64,000 nt of DNA from Alphaproteobacteria bacterium (GCA_965232515.1 CBDDPY010000002.1:5600001-5664000); one strand, 5' to 3'. Shown: positions 1 to 11,711, counted from the stretch's first letter. The notes: generated by a model not told the origin, from the sequence alone. A program made the numbers and translations.

Positions 1-682
1 TCGCCGCGTAGCGGACGTCATGCCAGGCATTGTCGCGCCAGAGCCAGCCGACGAAGTCGCCGTTCGCGCCGCGATAGTCTTCGGCGACGATCAGCAATTC
101 GCCGTCCGTGAAGGCGGCGATGGCCTCGATGCCGCCGTTGAGCGGTGCGAGCCGCAATGCGGGCGGAGTCTTGAACGGTGTTGGCGTGGTCTGGGCCGGC
201 GTCGGACCGGGTTGGTAGCGCCACAGGCGGTGCCGACGCTCGAAACTGACGATCAGCCCACCGTCAGGCAGGCGTTCGACCGCTTCGGCGTCGCGCATGA
301 CGTTTCCGCCGGCGATCCGGCCGCCGCTGCGGCCGCGCATCGGCGACAGGTCGGCATTTGCCAATCCGCGCAGTCGGCCGTCATCGGCCCGAAGAATATC
401 GGCGGTGAACCAGTAGGCGCGATCGTTCACGGCGATCAGGCGACGGCCGCCATCACCAAGCGTCAGGCCCGACAACCCGCCGAACGCCCTGTCGGCGGAA
501 CGCAGCCAAAGACCGCCGAGGTAGCGCAGCTGGCCGACGCGGGTCACCGACGGGTCTTCCGGGTCGAGGGGCACCGCCTCGGTCTTCAGCGCGATCGGTT
601 CGGCCATGGCCGATGCCGTCAGCAGGCAGATCGAAACAAGCCCCGCCGAGAGCCGGGCGAGGGAGAATTGACACCGCTTCAT
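1..682 (-). CDS. Esterase-like activity of phytase family protein (secreted); 3' end runs off the window
   Basis: Translated by hand (not in the ORF track): ATG at 682, signal peptide MKRCQFSLARLSAGLVSICLLTASAMA, then 'VGQLRYLGGLWL...FGGLSGL', 'DAEAV', 'VSFERRHRLWRY', 'NGGIEAI' motifs typical of this family. Confidence 0.75.
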   Translation of the reverse strand, partial: MKRCQFSLARLSAGLVSICLLTASAMAEPIALKTEAVPLDPEDPSVTRVGQLRYLGGLWLRSADRAFGGLSGLTLGDGGRRLIAVNDRAYWFTADILRADDGRLRGLANADLSPMRGRSGGRIAGGNVMRDAEAVERLPDGGLIVSFERRHRLWRYQPGPTPAQTTPTPFKTPPALRLAPLNGGIEAIAAFTDGELLIVAEDYRGANGDFVGWLWRDNAWHDVRYAA

Positions 683-771
683 CACACGTCCGTGTGTGGT
701 TCGCCCGTTGATCCGAGGTTAGTCTGAGCCCAATTTTATCTAAGGTTTTTCCGAGGGAGGGATAGCAAGAC

Positions 772-1545
772 ATGTTAGCACGGCGTGAAATCGTCAAGGG
801 TGTGGCGGGCCTGCCGCTGGCGGCGGTCCTGGCCAATCCGATGCTGGCGCGGGCGGCCGCGGCCGATCTGAAGAAAGTGACCATCAACACGACGGACGGG
901 CGCCGCGTTGACGCCTCGCTGGCCATGCCCGCGACGACGCCGGCACCGGCGGTGATCCTGATCCATGAATGGTGGGGCCTGAACGACCAGATCAAGGCCG
1001 TCGCGGCCGAGTTCGCCAATCAGGGCTACCTGGGGTTGGCCGTCGATCTCTATGGCGGACAGGCGGCGACGACGCGCGAGGATGCCCGCGCGCTGATGCA
1101 AAAGGTCGAACCGCCGGCCGCGGTCGATACGCTGACATCGTGGGCCCGTTGGCTGAACAAGCATCCGAAGTCCAGCGGCAAGCTGGGATCGGTCGGCTGG
1201 TGTTTCGGCGGCGGCTGGTCGCTGATGACCGGTATCAGCACGCCCACCGAAGCGACCGTGATCTACTACGGCAACGTGGCCCGCACGGCCGATGAGCTCG
1301 CCTCGCTGAAAGGCCCGGTGTTGGGGCATTTCGCCACCCGCGACGGCTGGATCAATCAGCCCATGGTCGACGGCTTTACGGCCGAGATGAAGAAGGCCGG
1401 CAAGGACCTGACCGTGCACTGGTACGAGGCCGACCACGCCTTCGCGAACCCGACCAGCGCCCGCTACGACGAAGAGGATGCGAAGCTCTCTTGGGAACGC
1501 ACCATGGCGTTCTTCGGCGAGCACCTGGAGAATACGTCGGGCTAA
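772..1545 (+). CDS. Dienelactone hydrolase family protein with a Tat-like signal peptide
   Basis: HEWWGLN, GWCFGG nucleophile motif, HAFAN; N-terminal ARREIVKG twin-arginine-like leader. Confidence 0.9.
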   Translation: MLARREIVKGVAGLPLAAVLANPMLARAAAADLKKVTINTTDGRRVDASLAMPATTPAPAVILIHEWWGLNDQIKAVAAEFANQGYLGLAVDLYGGQAATTREDARALMQKVEPPAAVDTLTSWARWLNKHPKSSGKLGSVGWCFGGGWSLMTGISTPTEATVIYYGNVARTADELASLKGPVLGHFATRDGWINQPMVDGFTAEMKKAGKDLTVHWYEADHAFANPTSARYDEEDAKLSWERTMAFFGEHLENTSG

Positions 1546-1550
1546 GTGGG

Positions 1551-3446
1551 CTAGGCGGTTGCCCGTCGGCGTCCGCCGGTGGGCGCCGCCCCGGCGCTCT
1601 GGCGATGCTGGTGCGGTTCCTCGTCGAACAGTTCGGCGAGTTTTTCCATCATGGCGCCGCCAAGCTGCTCTGCGTCGACGATCGTCACTGCCCGGCGATA
1701 GTACCGCGTGACGTCGTGGCCGATGCCGATGGCGATCAGCTCGACCGGTGAGTAGGTCTCGATCAGATCGATGGTCGTGCGCAGGTGGCGCTCGAGATAG
1801 TTGCCGGGATTGACCGACAACGTGCTGTCGTCGACCGGCGCGCCGTCCGAGATCACCATCAGGATCCGCCGCTGCTCGGAGCGCACCATCAACCGGTTGT
1901 GGGCCCAGAGCAGGGCTTCGCCGTCGATGTTTTCCTTCAGCAGGCCTTCCCGCATCATCAGGCCCAGGCTCTTGCGCGCCCGCCGCCAAGGCGCGTCGGC
2001 CGGCTTGTAGACGATGTGACGCAGATCGTTGAGACGGCCGGGATTGGCCGGCTTGCCCTCGCGCAGCCATTTCTCGCGGCTCTGGCCACCCTTCCAGGCG
2101 CGCGTCGTGAAGCCGAGGATCTCGACCTTGACCGCGCAGCGCTCCAGCGTGCGGGCCAGCATGTCCGCGCACATCGCCGCCACGGTAATCGGCCGTCCGC
2201 GCATCGAGCCGGAGTTATCGATCAGCAGCGTCACCACGGTATCGCGGAAATCGGTGTCCTTCTCCCACTTGTAGGACAGCGGGTTTTCCGGATTGGCGAT
2301 TACCCGGGCGAGCTTACCGGCGTCCAGGATGCCCTCGTCCAGATCGAAGTCCCAGGACCTGTTTTGTTTCGCCAGCAGGCGGCGCTGCAGCCGGTTGGCG
2401 AGCTTCGAGACCACGCCCTGGAGCTGGCTCAGCTGCTGGTCGAGATAGACCCTGAGGCGCGACAGCTCCTCGGCGTCGCAGAGATCGGCGGCCTCGATGA
2501 CCTCGTCGAATTCACCCGTGTAGGCCGAGTAGGCCTTCTGGTTCGCGGCGTCGGCCAGCATGTCCTCGGGCCGCCACTGCCGCCGGCCGCGTCCCGGGTC
2601 CTCGCTGCCGGCGCCCTCCATGGGCTGATCGCTGTCGACGGCGGCCGCCATCTCGGCATCCTCGGCGGCGCCGTCCTGGCCGTCGGCCATCTGGTCGGCG
2701 GCGGCCTCGTCGGCGGCGCCTTCGCCGCCATCGCCGTCGCCTTCGCCGCTGCCGTCGGGCTGTTGCTCCTGGTCGTCCTCGGCGCTGTCGTCGTATTCCT
2801 CGTTCTCGGTGAAATCGTCCTCGCCGAGCTCGAGATCGGAGATCAATTTGCGCGTGAAGCGGGCGAAAGCTTCTTGATCGCCACAGCAGTTGACGAGCTG
2901 GTCCAGATCGTCGTGCCCCTTGTCCTCGATCCAGGGACGAAGGCTGTCGACCATGTGCCGGGCTTCCGCCGGCGGCATCTTGCCGGTCAGGCGTTCGCGC
3001 AGCAGCAGGCCGATGATGTCCGGCAGCACGCTGTCGCCGGGCTCGGTGACATTGGCATAGCCGCGGGTCTTGCAGCGCTCCTGCAGCATGGTGTCGAGGT
3101 TCATCGACACACCGATCATGCGGTTGGCGCCCAGCGACTCGACGCGGGCCTGCTCGGCCGCCTCGAACACGGCCCGGGCGGTCGCGCCCTTCGGCTGAAA
3201 GCGGGTGTGCAGCCGGTTGTCGTGATAGCGGACCCACAGCGCCAAGGCGTCGCCAGCGCCGCGGACGTTCGCGACCTCGCTGCCGGCCAGCTCGCGCGAA
3301 GGCTGCGGCAACCGGGCCCGGCCGCCGCGGACCTGAGCGCCCTCGGCGCCGAAGGTGACGTGCAGATCGCGGTCGCGCGCGATCGCCCGCACGGCCGCCG
3401 ACACCGCCCGCTTGAAAGGCTCGACCGGGTTCTCCGGCTTCGTCAC
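1551..3446 (-). CDS. cobT: Cobaltochelatase subunit CobT
   Basis: EPFKRA N-terminus, acidic linker, C-terminal vWA domain ([33 protein letters not shown]); adjacent to cobS. Confidence 0.95.
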   Translation of the reverse strand: MTKPENPVEPFKRAVSAAVRAIARDRDLHVTFGAEGAQVRGGRARLPQPSRELAGSEVANVRGAGDALALWVRYHDNRLHTRFQPKGATARAVFEAAEQARVESLGANRMIGVSMNLDTMLQERCKTRGYANVTEPGDSVLPDIIGLLLRERLTGKMPPAEARHMVDSLRPWIEDKGHDDLDQLVNCCGDQEAFARFTRKLISDLELGEDDFTENEEYDDSAEDDQEQQPDGSGEGDGDGGEGAADEAAADQMADGQDGAAEDAEMAAAVDSDQPMEGAGSEDPGRGRRQWRPEDMLADAANQKAYSAYTGEFDEVIEAADLCDAEELSRLRVYLDQQLSQLQGVVSKLANRLQRRLLAKQNRSWDFDLDEGILDAGKLARVIANPENPLSYKWEKDTDFRDTVVTLLIDNSGSMRGRPITVAAMCADMLARTLERCAVKVEILGFTTRAWKGGQSREKWLREGKPANPGRLNDLRHIVYKPADAPWRRARKSLGLMMREGLLKENIDGEALLWAHNRLMVRSEQRRILMVISDGAPVDDSTLSVNPGNYLERHLRTTIDLIETYSPVELIAIGIGHDVTRYYRRAVTIVDAEQLGGAMMEKLAELFDEEPHQHRQSAGAAPTGGRRRATA

Positions 3447-3464
3447 CTCGGCCCTCGATCCGCC

Positions 3465-4469
3465 TTAGACCAGCCGCACTTTGGCGGCGGATTCCGGCAG
3501 TTCCTCGCCGAAGCAGCGCTGGTAGTACTCGGCCACCACCGGCCGCTCGATCTCGTCGCAGCGGTTCAGGAAGCTCACCCGGAAGGCGAAGCCGACATCG
3601 TCGAAGATCGAGGCGTTCTCGGCCCAGGTGATCACCGTCCGGGGCGACATCACGGTCGAGATGTCGCCGTTGATGAAGCCCGAGCGGGTCAGGTCGGCGA
3701 CCGAGACCATGGCGTTGATGGCCTTGCGGCCGTCGGCCGTGTCGTAGTCCGGTACCTTGGCGAGCGAGATCTCGACTTCCTCGTCGTGCTCCAGATAGTT
3801 CAGCGTGGTGACGATGCTCCAGCGGTCCATCTGGCCCTGGTTGATCTGCTGCGTGCCGTGATAGAGGCCCGTGGTGTCGCCGAGACCGATGGTGTTGGTC
3901 GTCGAGAACAGCCGGAACGCGTCATGCGGCCGGATCACGCGGTTCTGGTCCAGGAGCGTCAGCTTGCCCTCGACCTCCAGCACGCGCTGAATCACGAACA
4001 TCACATCGGGCCGGCCCGCGTCGTACTCGTCGAATACCAGCGCGCAGGGATGCTGCAGCGCCCAGGGCAGGATGCCCTCGCGGAACTCGGTGATCTGCTT
4101 ACCCTCGCGCAGGACGATGGCGTCCTTGCCGATCAGATCGATACGGCTGATATGACTGTCCAGATTCACCCGCACGCAAGGCCAGTTCAGCCGGGCCGCG
4201 ACCTGCTCGATATGGGTCGATTTGCCGGTACCGTGATACCCCTGGATCATGACGCGCCGGTTGTAGGCAAAGCCGGCGAGGATGGCCATGGTGGTCTCGT
4301 GATCGAAGCGGTAGGCCTCGTCCACGTCGGGTACGAGGTCGCTGGACTCGGAAAAACCCGGCACTTCCATATCGCTGTCCAGGCCGAAGCTCTGGCGCAC
4401 GTTGACCGTGATATCCGGTCGATCCAGTGGGTGAGCCGACGCGTCGTCGGCAGTCGCGGTAAGCGTCAT
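3465..4469 (-). CDS. cobS: Cobaltochelatase subunit CobS (AAA+ ATPase)
   Basis: [21 protein letters not shown] Walker [21 protein letters not shown]. Confidence 0.95.
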   Translation of the reverse strand: MTLTATADDASAHPLDRPDITVNVRQSFGLDSDMEVPGFSESSDLVPDVDEAYRFDHETTMAILAGFAYNRRVMIQGYHGTGKSTHIEQVAARLNWPCVRVNLDSHISRIDLIGKDAIVLREGKQITEFREGILPWALQHPCALVFDEYDAGRPDVMFVIQRVLEVEGKLTLLDQNRVIRPHDAFRLFSTTNTIGLGDTTGLYHGTQQINQGQMDRWSIVTTLNYLEHDEEVEISLAKVPDYDTADGRKAINAMVSVADLTRSGFINGDISTVMSPRTVITWAENASIFDDVGFAFRVSFLNRCDEIERPVVAEYYQRCFGEELPESAAKVRLV

Positions 4470-4532
4470 CTTCAGGGAAACCCCTAATGCTAATGCTGTG
4501 CCCGGTCCGGCGGAATGTCTGGTCCGGGTGGC

Positions 4533-5114
4533 CTACGTATAGCCGCACGTCAAAAGGTAGCTGTACGCCTCATTGATTGCCTTGAAGCGTTCCTCAGCCG
4601 CCTTGTCGCCGCCATTCGCGTCCGGATGGTGGCGCTTCACCAGTTGCTTATAACGCATTTTGATTCCTTGCAAGTCGGCTGTGGCATCCAGATCGAGCTT
4701 GGCCAGCGCGCGGCGCTGACGGGCGTCCATTAGCTGCTCGGCCGGTGACGCCTCGGCGCGGCCATCGGCGAAGCGGCTGCCGAAAACCCCGAACTCGTCC
4801 CGCACCCGGCCTTCGGCCCAGGCCCGGTAGCCGGCATGTCCCAGCTTCCAGGTCGGCCGGTGCCCGGTAATGGCTTCGCGCCGGAACCGCTCGATCTTTT
4901 CCTCGCTCCAGCCCTGGAAATAATCCCACGAGGCGTTGTATTCGCGGACGTGATCCAGGCAGAACCAGTAATAGACGTCAGGATTTTCGCGCGAACGCGG
5001 CGCCCGATGCTCGCCGGCTTCCGTGCAGCCGGGATGGTCGCACATGCGCGCGTGGTTGCCGTCGGTCTCGATGTCTACGGCGGCGAGGGGGATTTGACGT
5101 GTCGATCTGCTCAC
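4533..5114 (-). CDS. J-domain (DnaJ-like) protein
   Basis: N-terminal C-x4-C...C-x2-H cluster, C-terminal J domain with HPD (HHPDANGGD); usual neighbour of cobS/bolA. Confidence 0.9.
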   Translation of the reverse strand: MSRSTRQIPLAAVDIETDGNHARMCDHPGCTEAGEHRAPRSRENPDVYYWFCLDHVREYNASWDYFQGWSEEKIERFRREAITGHRPTWKLGHAGYRAWAEGRVRDEFGVFGSRFADGRAEASPAEQLMDARQRRALAKLDLDATADLQGIKMRYKQLVKRHHPDANGGDKAAEERFKAINEAYSYLLTCGYT

Positions 5115-5215
5115 GGAACAAGTATGGTTCGTCGCAAATTGGCTTTCAACCGACCTGGCGGCGGGGTCTTTGCATTCTCGCCCGGCGCGGTTGATATTCC
5201 GTATGTGAGGTGGTT

Positions 5216-5494
5216 ATGCGCGTTGCGGACCGCATTAAGGATAAGCTCGTCACGGCGCTGTCGCCGACCCGGATCGAGGTGGTGGACGAATCCCATCTGC
5301 ATGCCGGCCATGCCGGCGCCCGGCCCGAAGGCGAAACCCATTTCCGGGTCGAGATCGTTGCCGCGGCGTTCGCCGGTCAGAACCGGGTGGCGCGCCAGCG
5401 CATGGTCAACGACGTGCTGGCCGAGGAGCTGGCCGACCGGGTGCATGCCCTGTCGATGAAGACGCTGGCGCCCGAGGAAGACGGCAGCGGCTGA
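5216..5494 (+). CDS. bolA: BolA family protein
   Basis: DESHLHAGH, ETHF, RVARQRMV, HALS motifs; ATG at 5216. Confidence 0.9.
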   Translation: MRVADRIKDKLVTALSPTRIEVVDESHLHAGHAGARPEGETHFRVEIVAAAFAGQNRVARQRMVNDVLAEELADRVHALSMKTLAPEEDGSG

Positions 5495-5512
5495 GACGCC
5501 CGACGCGGCGGG

Positions 5513-6787
5513 TCAGCTCGCCGCGGGCGGCCGGATCCGCAGCATGGTGATCTGGTTGCGCTGGCGCCGCAGCACCTCGAAGCCGAAGTCGTGGAACGAG
5601 AACCGGTCGCCGCCTTCCGGGATGCGGCGGGCGAGGTGGATCAGCAGGCCGGCGATGGTGGCGGCGTCGTCCTCGGGCAGGTCCCAGTCGCAATGCCGGT
5701 TCAGGTCGCGCACGGTCACCGAGCCGTCCACCACATAGCTGCCGTCGGCCTGGCGGCGGATCTGCGAGGCCGCGGCGATATCGTGTTCGTCCGAGATCTC
5801 GCCGACGATCTCCTCCAGAATGTCCTCCAGCGTCACCAGGCCCATGAGCGCGCCGTATTCGTCGATCACCAGGGCGAAGTGCTCGCGCCGGGCCTGAAAG
5901 GCGTTCAGCTGCTCCATCAGGCTGGTGGTCTCGGGCACGAACCAGGGGTCGCGGGCGAGCTCCGTGATGCTCAGCTTCTCGAGTGATCCGCCGTTCTCGC
6001 TGATCGCCCGCAGCAGATCCTTGGCATGCAGCACGCCGACGATGTTCTCGGCGTCGTCGCGCCACAGCGGAATGCGGGTATGCGGGCTGTCCAGCACCTC
6101 GCGCACGATCGCCGCCGGCGCCTGGCCGGTGTCGATCATGACCATGTTCTTGCGGTGCACCATGATGTCGAGAACGGTCACGTCGGACAGATCGAGAATG
6201 CTGTCCAGCATGTCGCGGTCGGTCTTGATCAGCGCGCCCTCGCGGGTGTGCAGATCGAGCGCGCCGCGCAGCTCGTCGGTTGACGAGACCAGCTCGCCGG
6301 CGCGCTCGATCTGTACGCCGAACAGCCGCAGGGTCACGTTCACCACAGCTTGTACGACTGCCGTGATCGGCGCCAGAACCCGCACCACCACCGCCAGCAG
6401 GGGCGCCATGGCGAGCGCCACCCGGTCCGGGTTGTAGAGCGCGTAGGTCTTGGGCAGCACCTCGGCGAAGATCAGCACGAGCGCGGTCATGATTACGGTG
6501 GCGTAGGCGACGCCGGCTTCGCCGAAGGCGGCGATCAGGATGCTGGTGGCGAGCGCCGAGGCCAGGATGTTGACCAGGTTGTTGCCGAGCAGGATCGCGC
6601 CGATCAGCTTGTCCTTCTTCTTGATCAGCTCGTTGACCTTGCCGGCGCGCTTGCTGCCCGTGCGCTCCAAATGATGCATGCGGGCGCGCGACGCGGCGGT
6701 CAGGCCGGTTTCGGAGCCTGAGAACAAGCCCGACAGGATCAACAGGCCGGCGATCGCCAGTATGGAGAGGAGGAGTTCGGTTTCCAT
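5513..6787 (-). CDS. HlyC/CorC (CNNM) family transporter-associated protein
   Basis: FSGSETGL/ILLGNNLVNI DUF21 transmembrane region, tandem CBS domains (DEYGALMGLVTLEDILEEIVGEI), CorC C-terminal domain. Confidence 0.9.
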   Translation of the reverse strand: METELLLSILAIAGLLILSGLFSGSETGLTAASRARMHHLERTGSKRAGKVNELIKKKDKLIGAILLGNNLVNILASALATSILIAAFGEAGVAYATVIMTALVLIFAEVLPKTYALYNPDRVALAMAPLLAVVVRVLAPITAVVQAVVNVTLRLFGVQIERAGELVSSTDELRGALDLHTREGALIKTDRDMLDSILDLSDVTVLDIMVHRKNMVMIDTGQAPAAIVREVLDSPHTRIPLWRDDAENIVGVLHAKDLLRAISENGGSLEKLSITELARDPWFVPETTSLMEQLNAFQARREHFALVIDEYGALMGLVTLEDILEEIVGEISDEHDIAAASQIRRQADGSYVVDGSVTVRDLNRHCDWDLPEDDAATIAGLLIHLARRIPEGGDRFSFHDFGFEVLRRQRNQITMLRIRPPAAS

Positions 6788-6845
6788 CTAACGGGAAAAG
6801 AGCTTCGACGCACTTGTTATGTCGGAACTATGGCAGCAAGCGGCC

Positions 6846-7967
6846 TCATGTCGCCAGTTCGTTTTGCAGCACGGCGGCGACGTCGTCGGTGGCGACATCG
6901 CGGCTGACAAAGGCGTCGCCGATGCCGCGAACCAGCACGAAGGTCAGCTGGCCGTCGCGTACCTTCTTGTCCTGGCGCATGTGCCGCAGCAGCGCCTCGA
7001 CCTCGAAATAGCCGTTACCGATCTCGCCCGGGCTGGTCGGCAGGCCGACGGCCGCCAGGTGCCGCCGCACGCGGGCGGCATCGTCCGGTGGGCATAATCC
7101 CAGGCGCGCCGAGAGCTCGAAAGCCAGGACCATGCCGATCGCCACCCCTTCGCCGTGGCGCAGGCGGTCGTCGTAGCCGACTTCGGCCTCCAGCGCGTGG
7201 CCGAAGGTGTGGCCGAGGTTCAACAGCGCGCGGTCGCCGGACTCGCGTTCGTCGGCGGCGACGATGCGGGCCTTCATCTCGCAGCTCGTGACCACGGCCC
7301 GCGTCAGAGCGGCGACATCGCCTTCGGCCACGTGCGTGCCATGACCCTCCAGCCAGTGAAAGAAGTCCGCGTCGCCCAGTAGGCCGTACTTCGCCACTTC
7401 GGCATAGCCGGCCAGGCGCTCGCGGTGCGGCAGCGTCGCCAGTATGCCGACATCGGCCAGCACCATGCGCGGCTGGTGAAAGGCGCCGATCAGATTCTTG
7501 CCATGGGCCGTATTGATGCCGGTCTTGCCGCCGACCGAGCTGTCGACCTGGGCCAGCAGCGTGGTCGGAATCTGCACGAAGTCGACGCCGCGGCGCAACA
7601 CGGCCGCGGCGAAGCCCGCCATGTCGCCGACCACGCCGCCGCCCAGCGCCACGAGGATATCGTCGCGCGCCACTTCGAGCTCAAGCAGCCGCGCCGACAG
7701 CCGTTCGAGTTCGGCGAAGGACTTGCTGCTTTCGCCAGGCGGCAACGCAATCGCCTCGCAGTCGATGCCGTGCTGGTCAAGGGCGCCGGCGAGCGCTTCC
7801 AGGTGCAGGTCGGCGACGGTTTCGTCGGTCACCACCACGGCGCGCTTGCGCGGCAACAGCGGCGCCAGCAACGCGCCGGCCTCGGCGAGCACGCCGTCGC
7901 CCACCAGAATGTCATAGCTGCGCGCTCCGAGATCGACCCGAACCGTCACGGGCGGCGCAATCGTCAT
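6846..7967 (-). CDS. aroB: 3-dehydroquinate synthase
   Basis: [38 protein letters not shown]. Confidence 0.97.
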   Translation of the reverse strand: MTIAPPVTVRVDLGARSYDILVGDGVLAEAGALLAPLLPRKRAVVVTDETVADLHLEALAGALDQHGIDCEAIALPPGESSKSFAELERLSARLLELEVARDDILVALGGGVVGDMAGFAAAVLRRGVDFVQIPTTLLAQVDSSVGGKTGINTAHGKNLIGAFHQPRMVLADVGILATLPHRERLAGYAEVAKYGLLGDADFFHWLEGHGTHVAEGDVAALTRAVVTSCEMKARIVAADERESGDRALLNLGHTFGHALEAEVGYDDRLRHGEGVAIGMVLAFELSARLGLCPPDDAARVRRHLAAVGLPTSPGEIGNGYFEVEALLRHMRQDKKVRDGQLTFVLVRGIGDAFVSRDVATDDVAAVLQNELAT

Positions 7968-8551
7968 GGCGCGGCCGACGTCCGGGCGTCCGGCGCGGCC
8001 GTCAGGAACGCCGACAGGCGCGCGATCGCCTCGCGCACCACATCTTCATGCGGGCCGTCGCAGCTGTCGACGACGATATCGGCCTCGCCGTAGGTGGGGT
8101 AACGCGCCGTCATCAGATCTTGCAGTATCTGCCGCTGATCGCCGCCCTGCAACAGCGGCCGGTTGTTGCGCCGCCGCACGCGCTTCAACAGCACGTCCAG
8201 GTCCGCGCGCAGCCAGACCGAAATGCCGTTCTTGCGGATCGCCTTGCGCGTCGTCGGGTCCATGAAGGCGCCGCCGCCGGTGGCGAGCACGCAAACCGGG
8301 CCGGCCAGCAGGCGCTTGATCACCCGCCGCTCGCCGGCGCGAAACTCGGTCTCGCCGTAGAGTTGGAAGAAATCCGCGATCGAGCAGCCGGCCGCGGCCT
8401 CGATCTCCTCGTCGGCGTCGACGAACGGCAGCGCCAGCTCCTTGGCCAGCCGCCGGCCGACGGAGGTCTTGCCCGCGCCCATCAAACCGACCAGCACGAT
8501 GCTGCGGTCAAGCAGGCCAGGGTCGAAGCTGGCATTCCCGGCGGCCGTCAT
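7964..8551 (-). CDS. aroK: Shikimate kinase
   Basis: [16 protein letters not shown]-loop, ATGGGA, RPLL; overlaps aroB start by 4 nt. Confidence 0.95.
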   Translation of the reverse strand: MTAAGNASFDPGLLDRSIVLVGLMGAGKTSVGRRLAKELALPFVDADEEIEAAAGCSIADFFQLYGETEFRAGERRVIKRLLAGPVCVLATGGGAFMDPTTRKAIRKNGISVWLRADLDVLLKRVRRRNNRPLLQGGDQRQILQDLMTARYPTYGEADIVVDSCDGPHEDVVREAIARLSAFLTAAPDARTSAAP

Positions 8552-8786
8552 GGAATGTGGTGTAACCTCAAATAAACGCCTGTCGACGAATTATTGCCCG
8601 TGACCGTGCCGCGCTATTGTCCGATAGATAACGCCGGCCCGTTGCGCCGCGATTCTCCGACCGATAAACTGCCTTGGATATGCCATAATCTCAGTCTAGC
8701 ACATTCTTGGGGGCCGATCCGTCGCTCGTGGCCTCTACGCTTGCGGCCTCCAAATGCCGGATCTTCATGTCTGAATTCGCAGTCGA

Positions 8787-8927
8787 ATGAGAAAACTGTC
8801 GCGCATCCTGATGGTTCTAGTGGTGCTGGCGATCGTCGCCGGTGGCGGCCTGCTGGCCACGTGGGATATCCCGGCGCCGACAACCGCCGTGGAACAAACC
8901 ATTGATAACAGCCGGTTCCCCAAGTAA
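8787..8927 (+). CDS. Small single-TM protein (46 aa), missed by the ORF track
   Basis: ATG 8787 to TAA 8927: MRKLSRILMVLVVLAIVAGGGLLATWDIPAPTTAVEQTIDNSRFPK. Confidence 0.65.
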   Translation: MRKLSRILMVLVVLAIVAGGGLLATWDIPAPTTAVEQTIDNSRFPK

Positions 8928-10791
8928 GCGGCGCCGTTTCGCCGGCCTCACGGCGATCGCCGTCGTCGCGTCCATGGGCCTGTCGACGCCCGGTTTCGGC
9001 CAGACCGGCACGACCGACCGGGTCGGGCCGCCGGTGCGCTTGCTGCCGCAGCCCGGCGCCAATCGGACCCGGCAAGCGCCGGCACCCGAGGTGCAGACCC
9101 TGCCGGCGCCTTCCGTTGAGCGCGCGGCGCCGGGCGCCGACGCCGCCGCGACGCCCGCGCCCGCGCCGAGCGATGTCGAGACGGCGGTGCCGCAAGGCAT
9201 CGAGGTCGGCGCGCTCGGCGCCATGGACCCATCCTCGATCGGTCTGCTCGACGGTCCGACGGACGGCGGCCTCGGCGTCGGCATGTGGGTCGGCACGCCC
9301 CGGACGGTGATCGCGCAATTGCTGCCGAAGCTGCCGATGGCGACCGGCTCGGCCGTAATGCACGACCTGGCGCGCCGGCTCCTGCTGACCTCGGCCGCGG
9401 TGCCGAGCGGTGCGACGGATGGCCCCAGCCTGCTGGCGATCCGCATCGAGCGATTGGCCGCCGGCGGCATGCTGAGCGAAGTCAACCAGCTGTTGCGGCT
9501 CGCCTCGCCCAAGCTGAACGACCCGCAGCTCGCGCGGGCCCGCATGAACGGCCTGCTGCTGTCGGGCGACAATGCCGGCGCCTGCGACATCGCCCGCGGC
9601 ATGATCGAAGCCGACGCCGACGCCATCTGGCAGAAGGTCGTGGCGTTCTGCCTGGCGCTGAACGGCGAGACCGCGAAGGTCGAGCTCTACGCCCAGCTTC
9701 TGCGCGAGCTGGGGCATGAGGACGCGCCGTTCTACAACCTGCTTTCGGCGCTGACGAACCAGCCGGCGTCACCGGTCGACAGCCTGCCGGCGCCGCTGCC
9801 GCTGCATCTGGCCATGTTGCGCGCGGCGCGTCAGGCGATTCCCGAAGACGCCGTCAGCAACGCCCAGCCGATGGTGCTGCGGGCGATCGCCACGTCGCCC
9901 AACGCCACGACTCAGCTCCGGCTGGAGGCGGCCGAGCGCGCCGCCGCCCGCCACGCACTGCCTGTCGACGCCTTGCGGCAGATTTATCTCGGCCTGCGCT
10001 TTACGCCCGAGGATCGGGCCAACGCCCTTGCCCGCGCGAAGCAGCTTCCGGGTCCGCAGAGCAACGCGCTGCTGTTGCAGGTGGCGCAGATCGAATCTCA
10101 GGCGCTCGGACGGGCCAGAACCATCGACGCGGCGCAGGCGGCCGGCGGCAAGAGCGATCAGGCCGAGTTGGCCGCGCGCGTCTACCTGCCGCTGCTGCGG
10201 GATCTCGAGCCCACGGTCGAGCTTTCCTGGTTTGCCGCGGCGGCCGGCAACGCCGCGGCCGCGGCCGGCGACATGGCCGTCGCCTTTGCCTGGCTGGACA
10301 GCGCGCAACGGCATGCCAGCCTGGAGAACGCGGATGCGGTGCGCGCGGTGATCGCGCTGTGGCCGGTGGTGCAGATCGGCGACGCCGAGCGCCGGTTGCC
10401 CTATAGCGACGAAGTGCGGCAGAACTGGTGGAAAGCGCTGCAGGCCTGGGAGGCGCCGGAGCGTTTTGCGCTCGCCCAGCGCTACTACAGCCTGCTACAG
10501 GCGCTGAATTACCCGCTGCCGGAAACGGCCTGGGAAGCGTTGTATGACGGGCCTCTGCGGGAGACCGCGCCGGTGGCGACGCCGGCCCTGCGGTTTGCCT
10601 TGTCCCGGGCGTCGGCCGAGGGGCGGATCGGCGAAGCCGTGCTGCTTGCGCTGCTTGCGCTCGGTCCCGGCGGCCCGGCGCAGGCGGGTGCTCTGACCCT
10701 CGGCGATGTCGTCTCGGCCCTGTCGGATGTCGGCTTGACGGCGGACGCGCATGCGGTCGCTCGCGAGGCGATGCTCGCGCGGCGTCGCTGA
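8842..10791 (+). CDS. Conserved exported helical hypothetical protein (start uncertain, possibly TTG 8902)
   Basis: Long ORF with host-like codon usage, signal-like segment, Pro/Ala linker and 'GGLGVGMWVGT' motif; lies between aroK and xerD. Confidence 0.7.
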   Translation: MAACWPRGISRRRQPPWNKPLITAGSPSKRRRFAGLTAIAVVASMGLSTPGFGQTGTTDRVGPPVRLLPQPGANRTRQAPAPEVQTLPAPSVERAAPGADAAATPAPAPSDVETAVPQGIEVGALGAMDPSSIGLLDGPTDGGLGVGMWVGTPRTVIAQLLPKLPMATGSAVMHDLARRLLLTSAAVPSGATDGPSLLAIRIERLAAGGMLSEVNQLLRLASPKLNDPQLARARMNGLLLSGDNAGACDIARGMIEADADAIWQKVVAFCLALNGETAKVELYAQLLRELGHEDAPFYNLLSALTNQPASPVDSLPAPLPLHLAMLRAARQAIPEDAVSNAQPMVLRAIATSPNATTQLRLEAAERAAARHALPVDALRQIYLGLRFTPEDRANALARAKQLPGPQSNALLLQVAQIESQALGRARTIDAAQAAGGKSDQAELAARVYLPLLRDLEPTVELSWFAAAAGNAAAAAGDMAVAFAWLDSAQRHASLENADAVRAVIALWPVVQIGDAERRLPYSDEVRQNWWKALQAWEAPERFALAQRYYSLLQALNYPLPETAWEALYDGPLRETAPVATPALRFALSRASAEGRIGEAVLLALLALGPGGPAQAGALTLGDVVSALSDVGLTADAHAVAREAMLARRR

Positions 10792-10820
10792 CGGTCGTTC
10801 ATTGGAATAGGTTTGTTGGC

Positions 10821-11711
10821 GTGACTTCTCGGTACATCGAGACATTTCTGGAAATGCTGAGCGTCGAGCGCGGCGCGGCGGCGAACACACTCGACTCCTA
10901 TCGCCGCGACTTGACGCATTTCAGCGATTTTCTTGGCAGCGATATAGCGGCGGCCAGCGACAACGACATTCGCCGTTATCTCGACAGCCTGCACCAGGCC
11001 GGCATGGCGGCATCGACGGCCGCCCGTCGGCTGTCGGCCCTGCGCCAGTTCTATCGCTTCCTCTATGCCGACGGCGCGCGTCAGGACGATCCTTCGAAGG
11101 CCATCGACAGTCCGCGCCGCCAACGACCGCTGCCGAAGATCCTGAGCGAGGACGAGGTGGATCTGCTGCTGCAGGCCGCGCGCGAACGGCCGGGACCCGA
11201 GGGCGTGCGCCTGGTGGCGCTGATGGAGGTGCTGTACGCCACCGGCCTGCGGGTGTCCGAGCTGGTCAGCCTGCCGTATCCGGCTGTGCGCGGCGATGAG
11301 AACTTCCTGGTCGTTCGCGGCAAGGGAGACAAGGACCGCGTGGTGCCGCTTGGCCACCCGGCCCTGGTGGCGCTGACGCAATACGAACTGGTGCGTAAGC
11401 GTTTCGTGCGCCGTCAGGAAGACGCAAAGTGGCTGTTTCCTTCGCGTTCCAAGGGCGGTCACCTGACCCGACAGCGCTTTTCTCAACTGATCAAGCAGCT
11501 TGCCGTCGATGCCGGCGTCGCGCCCAGCAAGGTCTCCCCGCACACGCTGCGCCACGCCTTCGCCAGCCACCTGCTGGCCAACGGCGCCGACCTGCGCGCG
11601 GTTCAGAAGATGCTTGGCCATGCCGACATTTCGACGACGCAGATCTATACGCACGTTCTGCAGGAACGCCTCCGGAGCCTGGTCGAGACCCGGCATCCGT
11701 TGAGTGGCTGA
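10821..11711 (+). CDS. xerD: Site-specific tyrosine recombinase XerD
   Basis: [45 protein letters not shown]; core-gene context next to accA. Confidence 0.9.
   Translation: MTSRYIETFLEMLSVERGAAANTLDSYRRDLTHFSDFLGSDIAAASDNDIRRYLDSLHQAGMAASTAARRLSALRQFYRFLYADGARQDDPSKAIDSPRRQRPLPKILSEDEVDLLLQAARERPGPEGVRLVALMEVLYATGLRVSELVSLPYPAVRGDENFLVVRGKGDKDRVVPLGHPALVALTQYELVRKRFVRRQEDAKWLFPSRSKGGHLTRQRFSQLIKQLAVDAGVAPSKVSPHTLRHAFASHLLANGADLRAVQKMLGHADISTTQIYTHVLQERLRSLVETRHPLSG

Noticed and set aside
1785-4487. 900-aa plus-strand ORF and similar long antisense ORFs (12919-14967, 28387-29901, 31039-32550, 36388-37482)
   Set aside because: Shadow frames of real high-GC genes (cobT/cobS, secA, rodZ, hisS, clpB) with no independent motifs.
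10821-11711. Tyrosine recombinase as a prophage or island integrase
   Set aside because: XerD-type sequence in a core-gene context with host-like codon usage and no att site or cargo.
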